Source: a virus
Lineage: Duplodnaviria > Caudoviricetes
Length of the DNA stretch: 48,651 nucleotides
Reading direction: 5' to 3' (one strand)
IMG/VR virus record: IMGVR_UViG_3300010376_000047
Coordinates: 1-48,651 of that record
Notes under the pieces: generated by a model
The model's input: only the letters and a program-made list of their open reading frames with translations
What the model was told of the DNA's origin: nothing
Databases searched by the model: none
Part shown: positions 1 through 9,892 of the stretch, piece by piece
How positions within the stretch are numbered: the stretch's first letter is position 1
Layout of the letters: each line of letters opens with the position of its first letter
Program-made: the position numbers and the translations under genes

Positions 1-186
1 CAGTGGCTCTGGACGAACACTGGATACTTCAATATTGCGACTGAGAATGTGGATCACTCCCACTATACCAATACCGGCGGGGTCAGCGCGAATGAGACAC
101 ACGCGATCTCGTTGGAGGGAGGCGGTGCAGCCCACCAGAATACTCAGCCAACGATAATCGTCAACCAGATTGTGAGGGCGATCTAA
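1..186 (+). CDS. 3' end of tail-collar-domain (fibre/appendage) protein, partial
   Basis: Frame 1 is open to TAA at 184-186; C-terminus ...GGGAAHQNTQPTIIVNQIVRAI resembles the tail collar C-terminal motif (GGxxHxNxxPxxxxNxII). Confidence 0.65.
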   Translation, partial: QWLWTNTGYFNIATENVDHSHYTNTGGVSANETHAISLEGGGAAHQNTQPTIIVNQIVRAI

Positions 187-591
187 ATGGAAGAGCACCC
201 AGAGAAGTACGAAGACATCCCGCCGCTCATTCCGCACATCGATCTCGTCAATCTTCCTCGGAAGATCGTACGTCGGATGCGTCGCAAGGATGAGCGTATC
301 ATGTATGAGCATCTCGAAAAGGAACTGACGAAGCACCATGAGGCTCATATCGAGGATCTGAAGAGACAGCACAAAGCGATGCTCGCTAGTCGGGACAAGC
401 CTCCTGTGTACGAGCTAGAGTTGAACGATACAGAAGGTCTGATTTGGCTACCGGACGGAAAGAGCGTCATCATCCAGGGAAACTACTTCTGCCGTATGAC
501 CGACCCGATCACCGGAATGGATCGAATCTTCGGCCTCTCACCCGATGAGATCGAAGGATACTACGAGGATGATGAAGATCAACCCAGTTGA
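187..591 (+). CDS. hypothetical protein
   Basis: 134-aa ORF abutting the upstream stop; no recognisable motif. Confidence 0.7.
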   Translation: MEEHPEKYEDIPPLIPHIDLVNLPRKIVRRMRRKDERIMYEHLEKELTKHHEAHIEDLKRQHKAMLASRDKPPVYELELNDTEGLIWLPDGKSVIIQGNYFCRMTDPITGMDRIFGLSPDEIEGYYEDDEDQPS

Positions 592-850
592 GAGGCTCCG
601 TCAGATCTGGACTCCCGAGCGCGAGATCGATGAACTGTTCACCGATCTGTCTCCGGGCAGCGCGCTCGACTCGGTGATCCGCGACTACTTCTCTCGCATT
701 GTTGATCGCGAGGGAACGATCACGCTCGATCTGACCGATCCTGTCCCCAACTTTCAGATCCGCTGGGAAGTCGTCCATACACCGCCGCCGAACGCTCGAC
801 GCACAGTGACGATATGGAAGGTGCCGAGTGAAACCAACGGTCGATCCTGA
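569..850 (+). CDS. hypothetical protein
   Basis: ORF overlapping neighbours in operon fashion; ATG at 569/572 more plausible than 545. Confidence 0.55.
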   Translation: MMKINPVERLRQIWTPEREIDELFTDLSPGSALDSVIRDYFSRIVDREGTITLDLTDPVPNFQIRWEVVHTPPPNARRTVTIWKVPSETNGRS

Positions 851-1070
851 CGTCTTCATCGAGGAGCAGCGCGAGGGCTACATACGCTATCGCCGCACCG
901 ATGGAGCAGTTTGGGAGGTTAGGGGAATCTGCGATGGACGCGGCGATTGCTACGCTGGGGCTGCTGATCCCGCGCCAGTGGGTCTCGATGTACCTGTTGG
1001 GCCTGCTCCTTTTACTGGTTGCTGCCCGCTTGAGATAACACTCCTGGTGGAGTGGGATAATGCCGACTAG
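828..1070 (+). CDS. small Cys-containing hypothetical protein
   Basis: 80 aa with CDGRGDC...GCCP; fills the gap before the 1317-aa gene. Confidence 0.55.
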   Translation: MKPTVDPDVFIEEQREGYIRYRRTDGAVWEVRGICDGRGDCYAGAADPAPVGLDVPVGPAPFTGCCPLEITLLVEWDNAD

Positions 1071-4000
1071 CGTTTGGTTCTTCCACGACGCTGCTTCCGG
1101 CGTAAGCGGGACACTTCCTGGCGCTGCGACGCAATCGACTACAGCGCCGGGTGTCACAGCTTCGGGCGCGTCTACCAACAAGACCATGAACGGTACGAAG
1201 GGCACCGCTCAGGTAGCTCCAACTCTTACATCACTCGCATCTACGTCTCGGCAGAACAACTGGTTCCGCCGCTTCATCAGTCCGGCTCTCGCGGCGCAAA
1301 CGGTTCCCGCTGGGACAACGAGTCTTTGGAACATCTGGATAGGAGCCTCGGCCAGCAACTCTTCGGGCGGGTGGTCTTGCACTCGCGGTTGCATCTATGT
1401 CTGGCGTCCTAGTACGGGCGCCCTTGTCGGCAAGATCATGGACTTGCCGACGAGCACTGGGACTCCGAGCGCTGTCAGCACGTCTGAAGTTATCGCGGCT
1501 GCTGGTGCGTTCAACGGAACCGCCGACGTTGTGTGCCAGGACGGCGACGTACTCGTGTGCGAGGTTTGGGGCGGCGGTACGCAGGGGATGGCGACCGCGT
1601 ACACCTGGACTCTCGGCTACGATGGTACGACAGACACAGGAGGCAGCGGTGGATCTGGTACCGGCACTGCTATCGCGTCGGCAGCGTCGTGTATGCAGTC
1701 GCCGCCGCTCCTGCTGCTCGGCGAGGGTACGCCGGTCTCGGGTGGTGCTGATGTCAACGTAGGATCAGCTAACGAGACAGCGTATGTCGAAGTTAGCGAC
1801 TTCCCGCAGAATGCTGTCATCGATAACTTCAACCGGGCCGACGGGATCTTGACCTCTCCTTGGGTGGGTATGACAGTTCCCACCCAAACATATCTGACTC
1901 CATATGTCTCTAGCAACCAAGCTTCTACCGGCCCACCTGGAAATGGCTGCGGTGCATATCGGAGCGATCAGTCGGTTACCGATTGCGAGGCTTACATCGA
2001 TCTTCCGAACCCGGCAGAAACTCAGTATCACGATGTGTGGCTGAGATTCACTGGTGGAACGGATATCAACTCGCAGAACGGCTACTACCTGCGGCATGAC
2101 AGTGTAGGCAATAAGCTGATGCTCCAGAAGTGCTCGGGTGGCGCTACCTCTTCTGTCGGCGGACAGCCTACTTGCGTAGCCTCGCCTGGGGATTCGATTG
2201 GAGCGAGGGTACTTGGAACGACCTTCTCTCTTTACTACAAACCGCTCGGCGCGGCCAAATGGAGGATCCTCGGAACTGGAGTTGACGCGACGTATCAGAA
2301 CGCTGGCTCGACCGGATTCTTCTCACCCGGACATCCTGCACTCTTCGACAACTTCGGTGGCGGCGGAATCACGACGCCGAAGTCAGATACCGATACCAAC
2401 GGAGCGACAACCGAAAGCGGATCGTACAAGGGGCAGTACAGCGATCAGGACAATACTGGGATCAACGAGATCGAGACACCAGTCTTGGTTGGGAAGCTCA
2501 GCGATGTAGACGCGACTGGAATCAACGAGATCGAAGTCACGTTGCTAGTCTCGCCAGTTACAGACGTAGATGCGACCGGGATCAACGAGATCGAGACCGC
2601 GACCGCTACGCCGGCAACTCAGATCTCAGCGTCGGACACGAACGGATCGACAACTGAGTCCGCTTCGGCGGTCAGCTTCCCGCAGACCGGCCTGATCATT
2701 CATTTCGACGCTTCGACTCTTGGCTTATCTGATGGGGCCGCTGTCAATCCTTGGCCAAACATAGCGACTCCGGGAATCCCTGGAACCATAGTTGGATCTC
2801 CATCTCCTATCGCGAAGCTGGGTATGATCAATGATGGCAAGGGGGTCGTTCGATTCAGCGCTCTAGCCGGTCGTGTTCGGATGAGCAGCACCGGTGTATC
2901 TACACCCATGACGATGCTCATCGTCGCGCGCATGTGGTCGAGTACGGTCGGTAACAATCAGCGCATCGTCAGTTCGAACGTCACAGCCGGTATGAATATG
3001 CTGATAGGATGGTGGGGGCCAGCCGGGGCCGCTGGCTATCAAGATACGGTGTACGATGGCGCATGGTACTCGGGCGAGCCGAGCGTTGCCGCTACTACCG
3101 CTTGGAAGCTCTATTCAGCGGATCAAGTTGGGGCGAATCCGATCCGCCTGTTCTCAGACGGAGTGCAGGTGAGGACGGGTGGCTCTGGATCTCAGAACTT
3201 TGCCGGATACTTTCATCTGTCCGGACAGGACGCGACCGGCACGCAAGAGACTTCCGATTGCGAAGTTGCAGAGGTCTTCCTCTACAACAGACAACTCTCC
3301 GACGCGGAGCGCCAGCAATGTGAGAACTATCTCCGGAACAAATGGTTCAAGAATGCTCCATTCTCCGCTGATTCGAATGTAAGTGTTAGCGAGACTACCA
3401 GCAACGTTGTAATAACGACCGGCGACACCAATGGCGCAGTAGTTGAGTCGGCTGGGTACCAGGTCAACGTTGTCGTTTACGAGCCTGACTTCGTCGGCAC
3501 ATATAACATGTTGCAGTCGCTCTATTCTCCGTACAGTACAATCCCGACGAGCTTCGGAACGTACGACGCAATTGGCGGAGCGCCGCTACCACTACCTGTT
3601 CTTACAGAGAATGCGTTTTATCAGGTAAATGTTCCGGTCTCGGATATCAACGGGTCAACTACCGAATCGGCCGCGTTCTTCTACGCTCCGGCCGACAGCG
3701 ACTCGGGGACAGCCCTAGAACAAGCTTCTCCACGTGTAGGAGCGTCTTCCAGCGATTCGAACGGTTCGACTACCGATATAGCCGTGCTCACCAGCGTACC
3801 CGTTTCTACGGATGGAAACGGTACGACAACCGAATCGGCGTCTATTACACGTGTAATCCTGTCGGATACAGACAACGCTGGCTTTACGGCTGCTCAAGCT
3901 CTTACCGCGCAGCTACCTGTATCTGATGCCGGATCTATTGCCGACTCGGCTAGTGTCTTCCAAGCTCTGGTTCCGGTCTCTAGCTCGGATACGAATGGGA

Positions 4001-5013
4001 CGACGACCGAGACTCAATCTTACACGTATGCCCTCTCCGCGAGCGATGCGAATAGCTCGCTGTCGGAGACGGCATCCTTCCAGCCGTCGTATGTCGGTAC
4101 TGATTTTGGTACAACTGTCGAGTCGGCTTCTGTCGTCAGAGGCCTGATCACAACGACCGACAACTTCTCGTCCATAGAAGCCGCTACCACCGGCGTACCA
4201 CTTTACAACGGTGATACCGGATCGGCAACCGATTCTGCTACCGTCGTCACTCAGATTGGAGCAACTGACTCGGGATCAGCGATTGAGACCGGGATCGGTT
4301 CGCTCACTAGCTCGTTCATAGGCACCGACCAAAACTCTGCGGTCACCGAGTCTGCGGCTATTGCTCAGACGGTTAGTGATTCCGGATCTGGGAGTGACTC
4401 TGCCACTCCAAGATTCCTAATCGCTGTCACAGATTCTGGGACAGCAAGTAGCGAAAGTCAAAGCCTCGCTACTCTGAACCAGAAGACAGACGCCGACTTC
4501 GGTGGCACCCCCGTCGAGGCTGTACAACTCACCGCTTCCCTAACCCCCGGCGGTGATACAGCCTCCGCCACCGAGTCGGCGTCTGCAAGTATATACCTAT
4601 ACGCGAGCGACGCGGGTGTAGGGATAGATTCTAGCAACCTACCCGTTGCGAGAATCTTTGACACGGATCTCGGGATCGGGTCGGACATCGGCTCGGCGGT
4701 TGCCAGGATCACCGTCGCGGACGCGCTCGTCGCCTACGAGATGGCAGCGGTTCTGTTCGGAGCCGTAGACACGGCGACCGGATATGACGATTATCGGCTC
4801 GCCGCCGCTCTCACGAGCGTCGATACTGGTAACGGTACTGAAGCGTATGATCGGTATCCACCGCTAACGCTCTTTCCTGAAATCCCGGCCGGGGTTATAC
4901 TCTCGATGGCAGCGGGTCAGATTGTGAACGCTTCCTCGGTTGGGACATTCCGTAGCAATCAGAATGTGCGAGGGACGGTCACTAGGTCGGCCAGAGGGAG
5001 GATTCTACATTGA
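1060..5013 (+). CDS. large virion appendage/adhesin-like protein with lectin/LamG-like beta domains and a Ser/Thr/Asp-rich repeat stalk
   Basis: 1317 aa; LamG-like signature (HFDAS...EVAEVFLYNRQLSDAERQQCENYLRNKW); many SDxNGxTTESA repeats; located in the structural operon. Confidence 0.7.
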   Translation: MPTSVWFFHDAASGVSGTLPGAATQSTTAPGVTASGASTNKTMNGTKGTAQVAPTLTSLASTSRQNNWFRRFISPALAAQTVPAGTTSLWNIWIGASASNSSGGWSCTRGCIYVWRPSTGALVGKIMDLPTSTGTPSAVSTSEVIAAAGAFNGTADVVCQDGDVLVCEVWGGGTQGMATAYTWTLGYDGTTDTGGSGGSGTGTAIASAASCMQSPPLLLLGEGTPVSGGADVNVGSANETAYVEVSDFPQNAVIDNFNRADGILTSPWVGMTVPTQTYLTPYVSSNQASTGPPGNGCGAYRSDQSVTDCEAYIDLPNPAETQYHDVWLRFTGGTDINSQNGYYLRHDSVGNKLMLQKCSGGATSSVGGQPTCVASPGDSIGARVLGTTFSLYYKPLGAAKWRILGTGVDATYQNAGSTGFFSPGHPALFDNFGGGGITTPKSDTDTNGATTESGSYKGQYSDQDNTGINEIETPVLVGKLSDVDATGINEIEVTLLVSPVTDVDATGINEIETATATPATQISASDTNGSTTESASAVSFPQTGLIIHFDASTLGLSDGAAVNPWPNIATPGIPGTIVGSPSPIAKLGMINDGKGVVRFSALAGRVRMSSTGVSTPMTMLIVARMWSSTVGNNQRIVSSNVTAGMNMLIGWWGPAGAAGYQDTVYDGAWYSGEPSVAATTAWKLYSADQVGANPIRLFSDGVQVRTGGSGSQNFAGYFHLSGQDATGTQETSDCEVAEVFLYNRQLSDAERQQCENYLRNKWFKNAPFSADSNVSVSETTSNVVITTGDTNGAVVESAGYQVNVVVYEPDFVGTYNMLQSLYSPYSTIPTSFGTYDAIGGAPLPLPVLTENAFYQVNVPVSDINGSTTESAAFFYAPADSDSGTALEQASPRVGASSSDSNGSTTDIAVLTSVPVSTDGNGTTTESASITRVILSDTDNAGFTAAQALTAQLPVSDAGSIADSASVFQALVPVSSSDTNGTTTETQSYTYALSASDANSSLSETASFQPSYVGTDFGTTVESASVVRGLITTTDNFSSIEAATTGVPLYNGDTGSATDSATVVTQIGATDSGSAIETGIGSLTSSFIGTDQNSAVTESAAIAQTVSDSGSGSDSATPRFLIAVTDSGTASSESQSLATLNQKTDADFGGTPVEAVQLTASLTPGGDTASATESASASIYLYASDAGVGIDSSNLPVARIFDTDLGIGSDIGSAVARITVADALVAYEMAAVLFGAVDTATGYDDYRLAAALTSVDTGNGTEAYDRYPPLTLFPEIPAGVILSMAAGQIVNASSVGTFRSNQNVRGTVTRSARGRILH
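2440..2600 (+). repeat. three 60-bp tandem coding repeats (D-x-D-x-T-G-I-N-E-I-E)
   Basis: ATCAACGAGATCGA occurs at 2461, 2521 and 2581. Confidence 0.85.
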
Positions 5014-5750
5014 GTGTTCCGGCAACAACTTACGTCGTCTCATTCACCGACTACCAGCCGGTGCCCAGGTTCGACGGAATCCCCTGGTCAACGGTGATGA
5101 TCGAAGAGGGCACCAGCGAGGATGGGCCGTGGACGCTGATCGACACTCAGCCGATCCATCCGATTGACACCGATCCGTCCAACCCGGCTTCTCGTCAGTT
5201 CACTACTGCCAAGGCGACTATCGAGCACGGATGGTACCGGATCCTGTTCGGCGATGTCAACAACAATATCGTCGAGACCGTGCCGATGTACAACGGCGAG
5301 CCTATCGAGTGGACGCCGACGCTGCAGGATGTCGGCCACGTCGTTCTGTCCCGAACTCGCGACAGCAACGGGAACATTCTCGGGACGTTCACCGATGATA
5401 CCCAACCTACTGACGAGGAATGCCGCGTTCTGATCGAAAAGGCGATTGACGACGTGCTGCCCCTGATCGGCTCTGATATTCCAGAGGAACTGATCGGTGA
5501 GGCGCAGAACATCGCTTCGATCCGAACTGCGATGTACATCGAGTTGACGTTCTACGCGAACGAGGTTGCAACCAACCGCTCGGTGTACCCGGAACTGAAA
5601 GCTCTGTTCGATGAGAAGGTCGCGACTCTGGCCAAGGCAATCCAAGCCATCGAGTCGGGCGAGAGCATGACTGACGCGCTCGCGGGCGCGGGCGGCTCGC
5701 CGCATTGGGGTTATCCGCCCGACGACAATATGTACTGGAGACCGTTCTAG
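5010..5750 (+). CDS. head-to-tail adaptor/connector-like protein
   Basis: 246 aa; C-terminal half (SRTRD...GTFTDDTQPTDEEC) resembles actinophage adaptors; precedes neck/tail genes. Confidence 0.6.
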   Translation: MSVPATTYVVSFTDYQPVPRFDGIPWSTVMIEEGTSEDGPWTLIDTQPIHPIDTDPSNPASRQFTTAKATIEHGWYRILFGDVNNNIVETVPMYNGEPIEWTPTLQDVGHVVLSRTRDSNGNILGTFTDDTQPTDEECRVLIEKAIDDVLPLIGSDIPEELIGEAQNIASIRTAMYIELTFYANEVATNRSVYPELKALFDEKVATLAKAIQAIESGESMTDALAGAGGSPHWGYPPDDNMYWRPF

Positions 5751-6247
5751 TGCCGGCCAAGTTCCTGAACATCAAGATATTCGGTGTGACGGAGGTCAGC
5801 GAGATGCTTCTGGCAGGCATGGTCGCTGCTCGCAATATGAAGCCAGCGCTGGAGCTAGTAGCCGATGACATGATGAACGTTATCGACATCAACTTCGGCT
5901 CGCAAGGTCGGCGCGGCGGCGGATCCTGGAAACAGCTTGACCCATACACCGTCGAGCGGAAGACTCGCGAGGGACAGCTGCCTCTCATACTGATCGCTAC
6001 TAGCGCGCTCCGCGACTCGATGACGCTGCGCGGCGATCCGGACATGGATCTGAAAGTCACTCGCGATGAGATCCGGCTCGCGTCGAACCTGCCATACGCG
6101 AACGTACAGGACAAGGGCGGCGGCGAGGCTGACCTGCCGGCGCGTCCGTTCGCTACCTTCATCGATAGCGACGTTAGGCACTGGGCTAGGATCTGTGAGG
6201 ACTATCTGATCGAAGCAATGAACGCCGGGAAGAGGGCAGCCAAGTGA
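5750..6247 (+). CDS. phage virion morphogenesis (Mu gpG-like neck) protein
   Basis: WKQL...LIATSALRDS...SNLPYANVQDKGG...LPARPF motifs; GTG start overlaps the upstream TAG. Confidence 0.75.
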   Translation: MPAKFLNIKIFGVTEVSEMLLAGMVAARNMKPALELVADDMMNVIDINFGSQGRRGGGSWKQLDPYTVERKTREGQLPLILIATSALRDSMTLRGDPDMDLKVTRDEIRLASNLPYANVQDKGGGEADLPARPFATFIDSDVRHWARICEDYLIEAMNAGKRAAK

Positions 6248-6885
6248 GCGACCTAGAGCACGACGTATACGGGCCAATCTTCGACGGCAGCCTTCTCACT
6301 CGCGCCGTCGTCGGGACATTGAGGAAGTGGTACCAGCGTTACATCAGAGAGATCGAGTTCCAGCGCCCTGACTGCGTCGTTGGCGAGATCCCGCCGCCGA
6401 AGACGTACGCGGAGCGCTGGCGCTTTGACTCATATCCTGATGACCGGATACCGGCTGTGATAGTCGTCAGTCCTGGGATGACTGAACAACCGCGACGCGC
6501 TGGTGACGGCTCTGTAAGCGGCTGGTGGGCTCTCGGGGTCGGCGTCATCGCGGCTGCGAGTACCGAAGACAACTCCGAGCGCCTGGCCAAAGTCTACGGC
6601 GCGGCGGCTCGTCTCATCCTCAGTCAGAAGGGCTGGCTAGACGAGACCTGGGAGTTCAACGGTTGCGAGATCCTGGACGAGACCTACGGCGAGGTACCGG
6701 ACATCGAACAGAGTCGTACGATGCGATCCGCTCATATCATTGCCCGCGTCCAGGTGATGAACATGTGGAACACGAATATGGGGCCGCCAGACGATCCGGC
6801 CGACCCGCTCTCGATGCCTGGGTCGCAATGGCCCGAGGCGAACGAGGTATTCATCGACATAGAACGGAAGGAGGAACAAGAGTAA
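6244..6885 (+). CDS. tail terminator/completion protein (putative)
   Basis: 213 aa; lies between the neck gene and the sheath. Confidence 0.5.
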   Translation: MSDLEHDVYGPIFDGSLLTRAVVGTLRKWYQRYIREIEFQRPDCVVGEIPPPKTYAERWRFDSYPDDRIPAVIVVSPGMTEQPRRAGDGSVSGWWALGVGVIAAASTEDNSERLAKVYGAAARLILSQKGWLDETWEFNGCEILDETYGEVPDIEQSRTMRSAHIIARVQVMNMWNTNMGPPDDPADPLSMPGSQWPEANEVFIDIERKEEQE

Positions 6886-7196
6886 TGCCGCCTACTCCAA
6901 AGGCAGAAAAGGGCGAAGCTGGGCCCAGGGCGAGCACCAAGGATGCACCGACCAGTCCTGGCCAGTACCGCTACATCGGTGACCACGCTCAGATCTTGGA
7001 GAGCGGTCAGCCGGTCGGACACGGTGACTATGTCACCCTCGGGCCGGACGACATCACCGGCATCAATCAGATGCTCATCGACGACGGGAAGCTGATCGAC
7101 GCCAGCGACATCGACATCAGCGGAGATCAGCCGCAGGCCGATTCCGAAGGCGTGGCCGATCCCGCGCCTGACATCCAGAAGGAGGAGAGCAAGTGA
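6885..7196 (+). CDS. small acidic protein upstream of the sheath
   Basis: ATG at 6885 overlaps TAA, with RBS GGAGG; MPPTPKAEKG... Confidence 0.65.
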   Translation: MPPTPKAEKGEAGPRASTKDAPTSPGQYRYIGDHAQILESGQPVGHGDYVTLGPDDITGINQMLIDDGKLIDASDIDISGDQPQADSEGVADPAPDIQKEESK

Positions 7197-8641
7197 GTAC
7201 AGTTCTCATCCGGCCTGGGGTCAACGTCACCCTCCGACCCAGCCCGCCGACTCTCGGTGCACCTACCGATACCGGCGTCTGGTTCGTCGTGGGGCTGGCC
7301 GACCAAGGGCCACTAACCCCGACGCTTCTCTCAAGCATGTCCGACTACGCCAACATCTTTGGCGCTCGGGTGAGCTACAGCGTCGTGTACGACGCACTCG
7401 ATGTCTACTTCCGCGAGGGTGGCGCTCACGCCTACCTGAAGCGGGTGGTAGGCCCAGCGGCGCTCACGGCCACAAAGAACCTGCTCGACGCGGGCGCGGC
7501 GATCTCGCTCGTTGCCTCGGCACTCGGGCCTGGCGTCAGCGGCAACAACATCTCTGTCGGCGTTCGCGCCGGTCAGGGCGCTGGCACCTTCGTCATCTTC
7601 AACGTCGTGGGCGGCGTCGAAGTCGAGACCAGCCCGGATCTGCTCGACAATCCGACAGCGATCCTTTGGGCGCAGAACTCCGCGTACATCCGGCTCGCTG
7701 CCGGGCCATCCGCGAATGATCCGGCTGTCGTCGCTGCTTCCGCGCTCGCGGGCGGGAACGACGACAGGAACAACATCACCGACGCTCAATGGCAGGCGGC
7801 GCTCGATTCGATCACGTCCGACTTCGGGCCTGGTCAGGTCTCGGCACCGGGCCGAACGAGCGACATCGGTCATCAGCAACTCGTCGATCACGCCGGGAAG
7901 CATCAGAGGGTCGCGATTCTCGATGCGCCGGATACTTCAACCGTTGCGACCCTTACCGCCTCCGCGCTCGGAGCGCGTGTCGGAATCTCCTCCAAGTTCG
8001 GAGCGATGTTCTGGCCGTGGTTGACGGTTCCGGGCATCGTCTCGGGATCGGTTCGCAACGTCCCGCCATCCGCTCTGATCGCCGGTCTGCTCGGACGCAA
8101 CGACTCGGGCGGTTTGGGGCCGGATCAGGCGGCAGCCGGTGATCAGGGCGTCTCGCTGTTCACGACCGCTCTGTCTCAGCCGGCACTCAGCGATACCGTC
8201 CGCCAGTCTCTCAACCAGGCTGGGGTCGATGTCATCCGGTCGATCTACGGAACGTTCCGCAACTACGGCTGGCGCTCGCTGGTCGATCCGGTCGCGGAGC
8301 AGGACTGGGTCAACTTCGGCTGCGGTCGGCTCTACATGAGCATCGCTGCGAACGCTCAGGCGCTGGCCGAGAACTACATGTTCGATAAGATCGACGGGAA
8401 GGGCAACACCATCGCCCTGTTCAACGGGTCGCTCACCGGGATGCTGCAGGGCTACTACAACAACGGCGATCTCTACGGCGCGAGCGCCGGTGACGCATTC
8501 TTCGTGGACACCGGCCCGACCGTGAACACCCCGACGACCATCGCCAACCACGAACTGCACGCCGTTCTGAACGTCCGGATGAGCGAGTTCGCCGAGATGG
8601 TTCAGATCGAAGTCTACAAGAAGCCGATCACGGCTCCGTAG
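7193..8641 (+). CDS. contractile tail sheath protein
   Basis: RPGV N-terminus, GLADQGP, RVAILDAP, VPPSALIAG, LNQAGVDVIR, YGWRSL motifs typical of sheath proteins. Confidence 0.92.
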   Translation: MSTVLIRPGVNVTLRPSPPTLGAPTDTGVWFVVGLADQGPLTPTLLSSMSDYANIFGARVSYSVVYDALDVYFREGGAHAYLKRVVGPAALTATKNLLDAGAAISLVASALGPGVSGNNISVGVRAGQGAGTFVIFNVVGGVEVETSPDLLDNPTAILWAQNSAYIRLAAGPSANDPAVVAASALAGGNDDRNNITDAQWQAALDSITSDFGPGQVSAPGRTSDIGHQQLVDHAGKHQRVAILDAPDTSTVATLTASALGARVGISSKFGAMFWPWLTVPGIVSGSVRNVPPSALIAGLLGRNDSGGLGPDQAAAGDQGVSLFTTALSQPALSDTVRQSLNQAGVDVIRSIYGTFRNYGWRSLVDPVAEQDWVNFGCGRLYMSIAANAQALAENYMFDKIDGKGNTIALFNGSLTGMLQGYYNNGDLYGASAGDAFFVDTGPTVNTPTTIANHELHAVLNVRMSEFAEMVQIEVYKKPITAP

Positions 8642-8654
8642 AAGGAGGAGGTAA

Positions 8655-9125
8655 ATGAGCACCCAGTATCTGGGAACGCGCCAGGACACTTTCCTGGTGG
8701 CGTTGGAAGTCGAGAACCCGAACAAGCAGGGTCAGATGGTGGACTGGGGCATCTGGGACACCAAGACCGGCGGCGATCTCGACTCAGAGGAGAGACTGTA
8801 CTATCCGGGCGGCATGCTGCCTCCGTACAGCCTCGGCGGTCGCATCCTGCCGCAGCAGGTCACTCTGACGCGGAACTACCGGATCCACCGCGATCACTTC
8901 CACGTCCAGCAGTTGCTCGACGGCGTGGGAAAGTCGAACGTCATCATCTCTCAGTTCCCGATGGACAAGTACGGGCACGAGCACACGCCCGCCATCGTCT
9001 ATCGCGGTACGCTGAAGACGGTGACGGTGCCCGAGCACAACTCGGAGTCGTCGTCGGATCCGGCGATGATCTCCGTCGTGTGCACCATCGACTCGGCACC
9101 CACGGCGGTCGGAGCGCCGAGCTAA
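8655..9125 (+). CDS. tail tube protein
   Basis: 156 aa directly after the sheath; GG...VTLTR tube-like pattern; strong RBS. Confidence 0.8.
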   Translation: MSTQYLGTRQDTFLVALEVENPNKQGQMVDWGIWDTKTGGDLDSEERLYYPGGMLPPYSLGGRILPQQVTLTRNYRIHRDHFHVQQLLDGVGKSNVIISQFPMDKYGHEHTPAIVYRGTLKTVTVPEHNSESSSDPAMISVVCTIDSAPTAVGAPS

Positions 9126-9134
9126 AGGAGAGCC

Positions 9135-9695
9135 ATGACCGACATTCAAGAAGAGGCTCAGCCTCTCGCTCACGAGATCACGAGCGACGAGGTAAAAGGG
9201 CCAGAGACCCTCGCAGAACAACTGCGGATCCGTCGTACGGAGATCGCAGACACCCACGATGCCACTTTCCCGCTCGTTGGCTATGAGGAGTTCGGTGTCC
9301 AGGTAAAGCACCGTCTCATGACCAGAGAAGAAGTCGAGAAGATCGGGCGCAGAGTGATGAACGAGACGAAGGAGCGCGGCGAGCGGAACATGCGCATCCT
9401 TCTCGACATGATCATATCCTCGACTCGCGGCTTCTATCTCAAAGACGACGATACCCAGGAAGTGAACGAGATCCGGGATGACCGGAACGGCGGCGAGCAT
9501 GTCCGCACATGGGGCCAGTTCGCGAACTACCTCGGCTGGAACCCGAATGGGGACGATGACAACTCGCGGATGGCTCTGTCCTGGGTGTTCGGCGGAAACG
9601 AGTTCATGGTCGGCCAGTACGGCATCCTTCTCAACCGCTGGATGAACAACACCGGCCTCAAGGTCGATGAGGAGTTCTTGGGGGAAGTGCTGTAG
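9135..9695 (+). CDS. tail assembly chaperone (gpG-like)
   Basis: Between tube and tape measure; ends just after slippery GGGGGAA. Confidence 0.8.
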   Translation: MTDIQEEAQPLAHEITSDEVKGPETLAEQLRIRRTEIADTHDATFPLVGYEEFGVQVKHRLMTREEVEKIGRRVMNETKERGERNMRILLDMIISSTRGFYLKDDDTQEVNEIRDDRNGGEHVRTWGQFANYLGWNPNGDDDNSRMALSWVFGGNEFMVGQYGILLNRWMNNTGLKVDEEFLGEVL

Positions 9696-9892
9696 GAGTA
9701 CCCGATGAGATCAAAGCCGCAGCCCAGATCGCTTTCTCCGGACAGGATCCTTGGACGTTCCTGGAGACACCCGATCCCGAGAAGCGGGCGCAGATGCTTG
9801 CCATCTCGCTGGAAGTCCAAAGGCTGCACCTGCTCCTCAACGACGATCTCAGTAACAAAGTCATCAGCAAGCTCGCGGAGGCAATGAAGTAA
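9680..9892 (+). other. -1 programmed ribosomal frameshift site and gpT-like extension of the tail chaperone
   Basis: G GGG GAA at 9680-9686; the -1 frame (GSAVGVPDEIKAAAQIAF...KLAEAMK*) is open to TAA 9890-9892, which overlaps the tape-measure ATG. Confidence 0.85.

Noticed and set aside
9705-9887. 60-aa + strand ORF between chaperone and tape measure
   Set aside because: Wrong frame; the -1 frameshift frame explains this interval and ends exactly at the tape-measure start.
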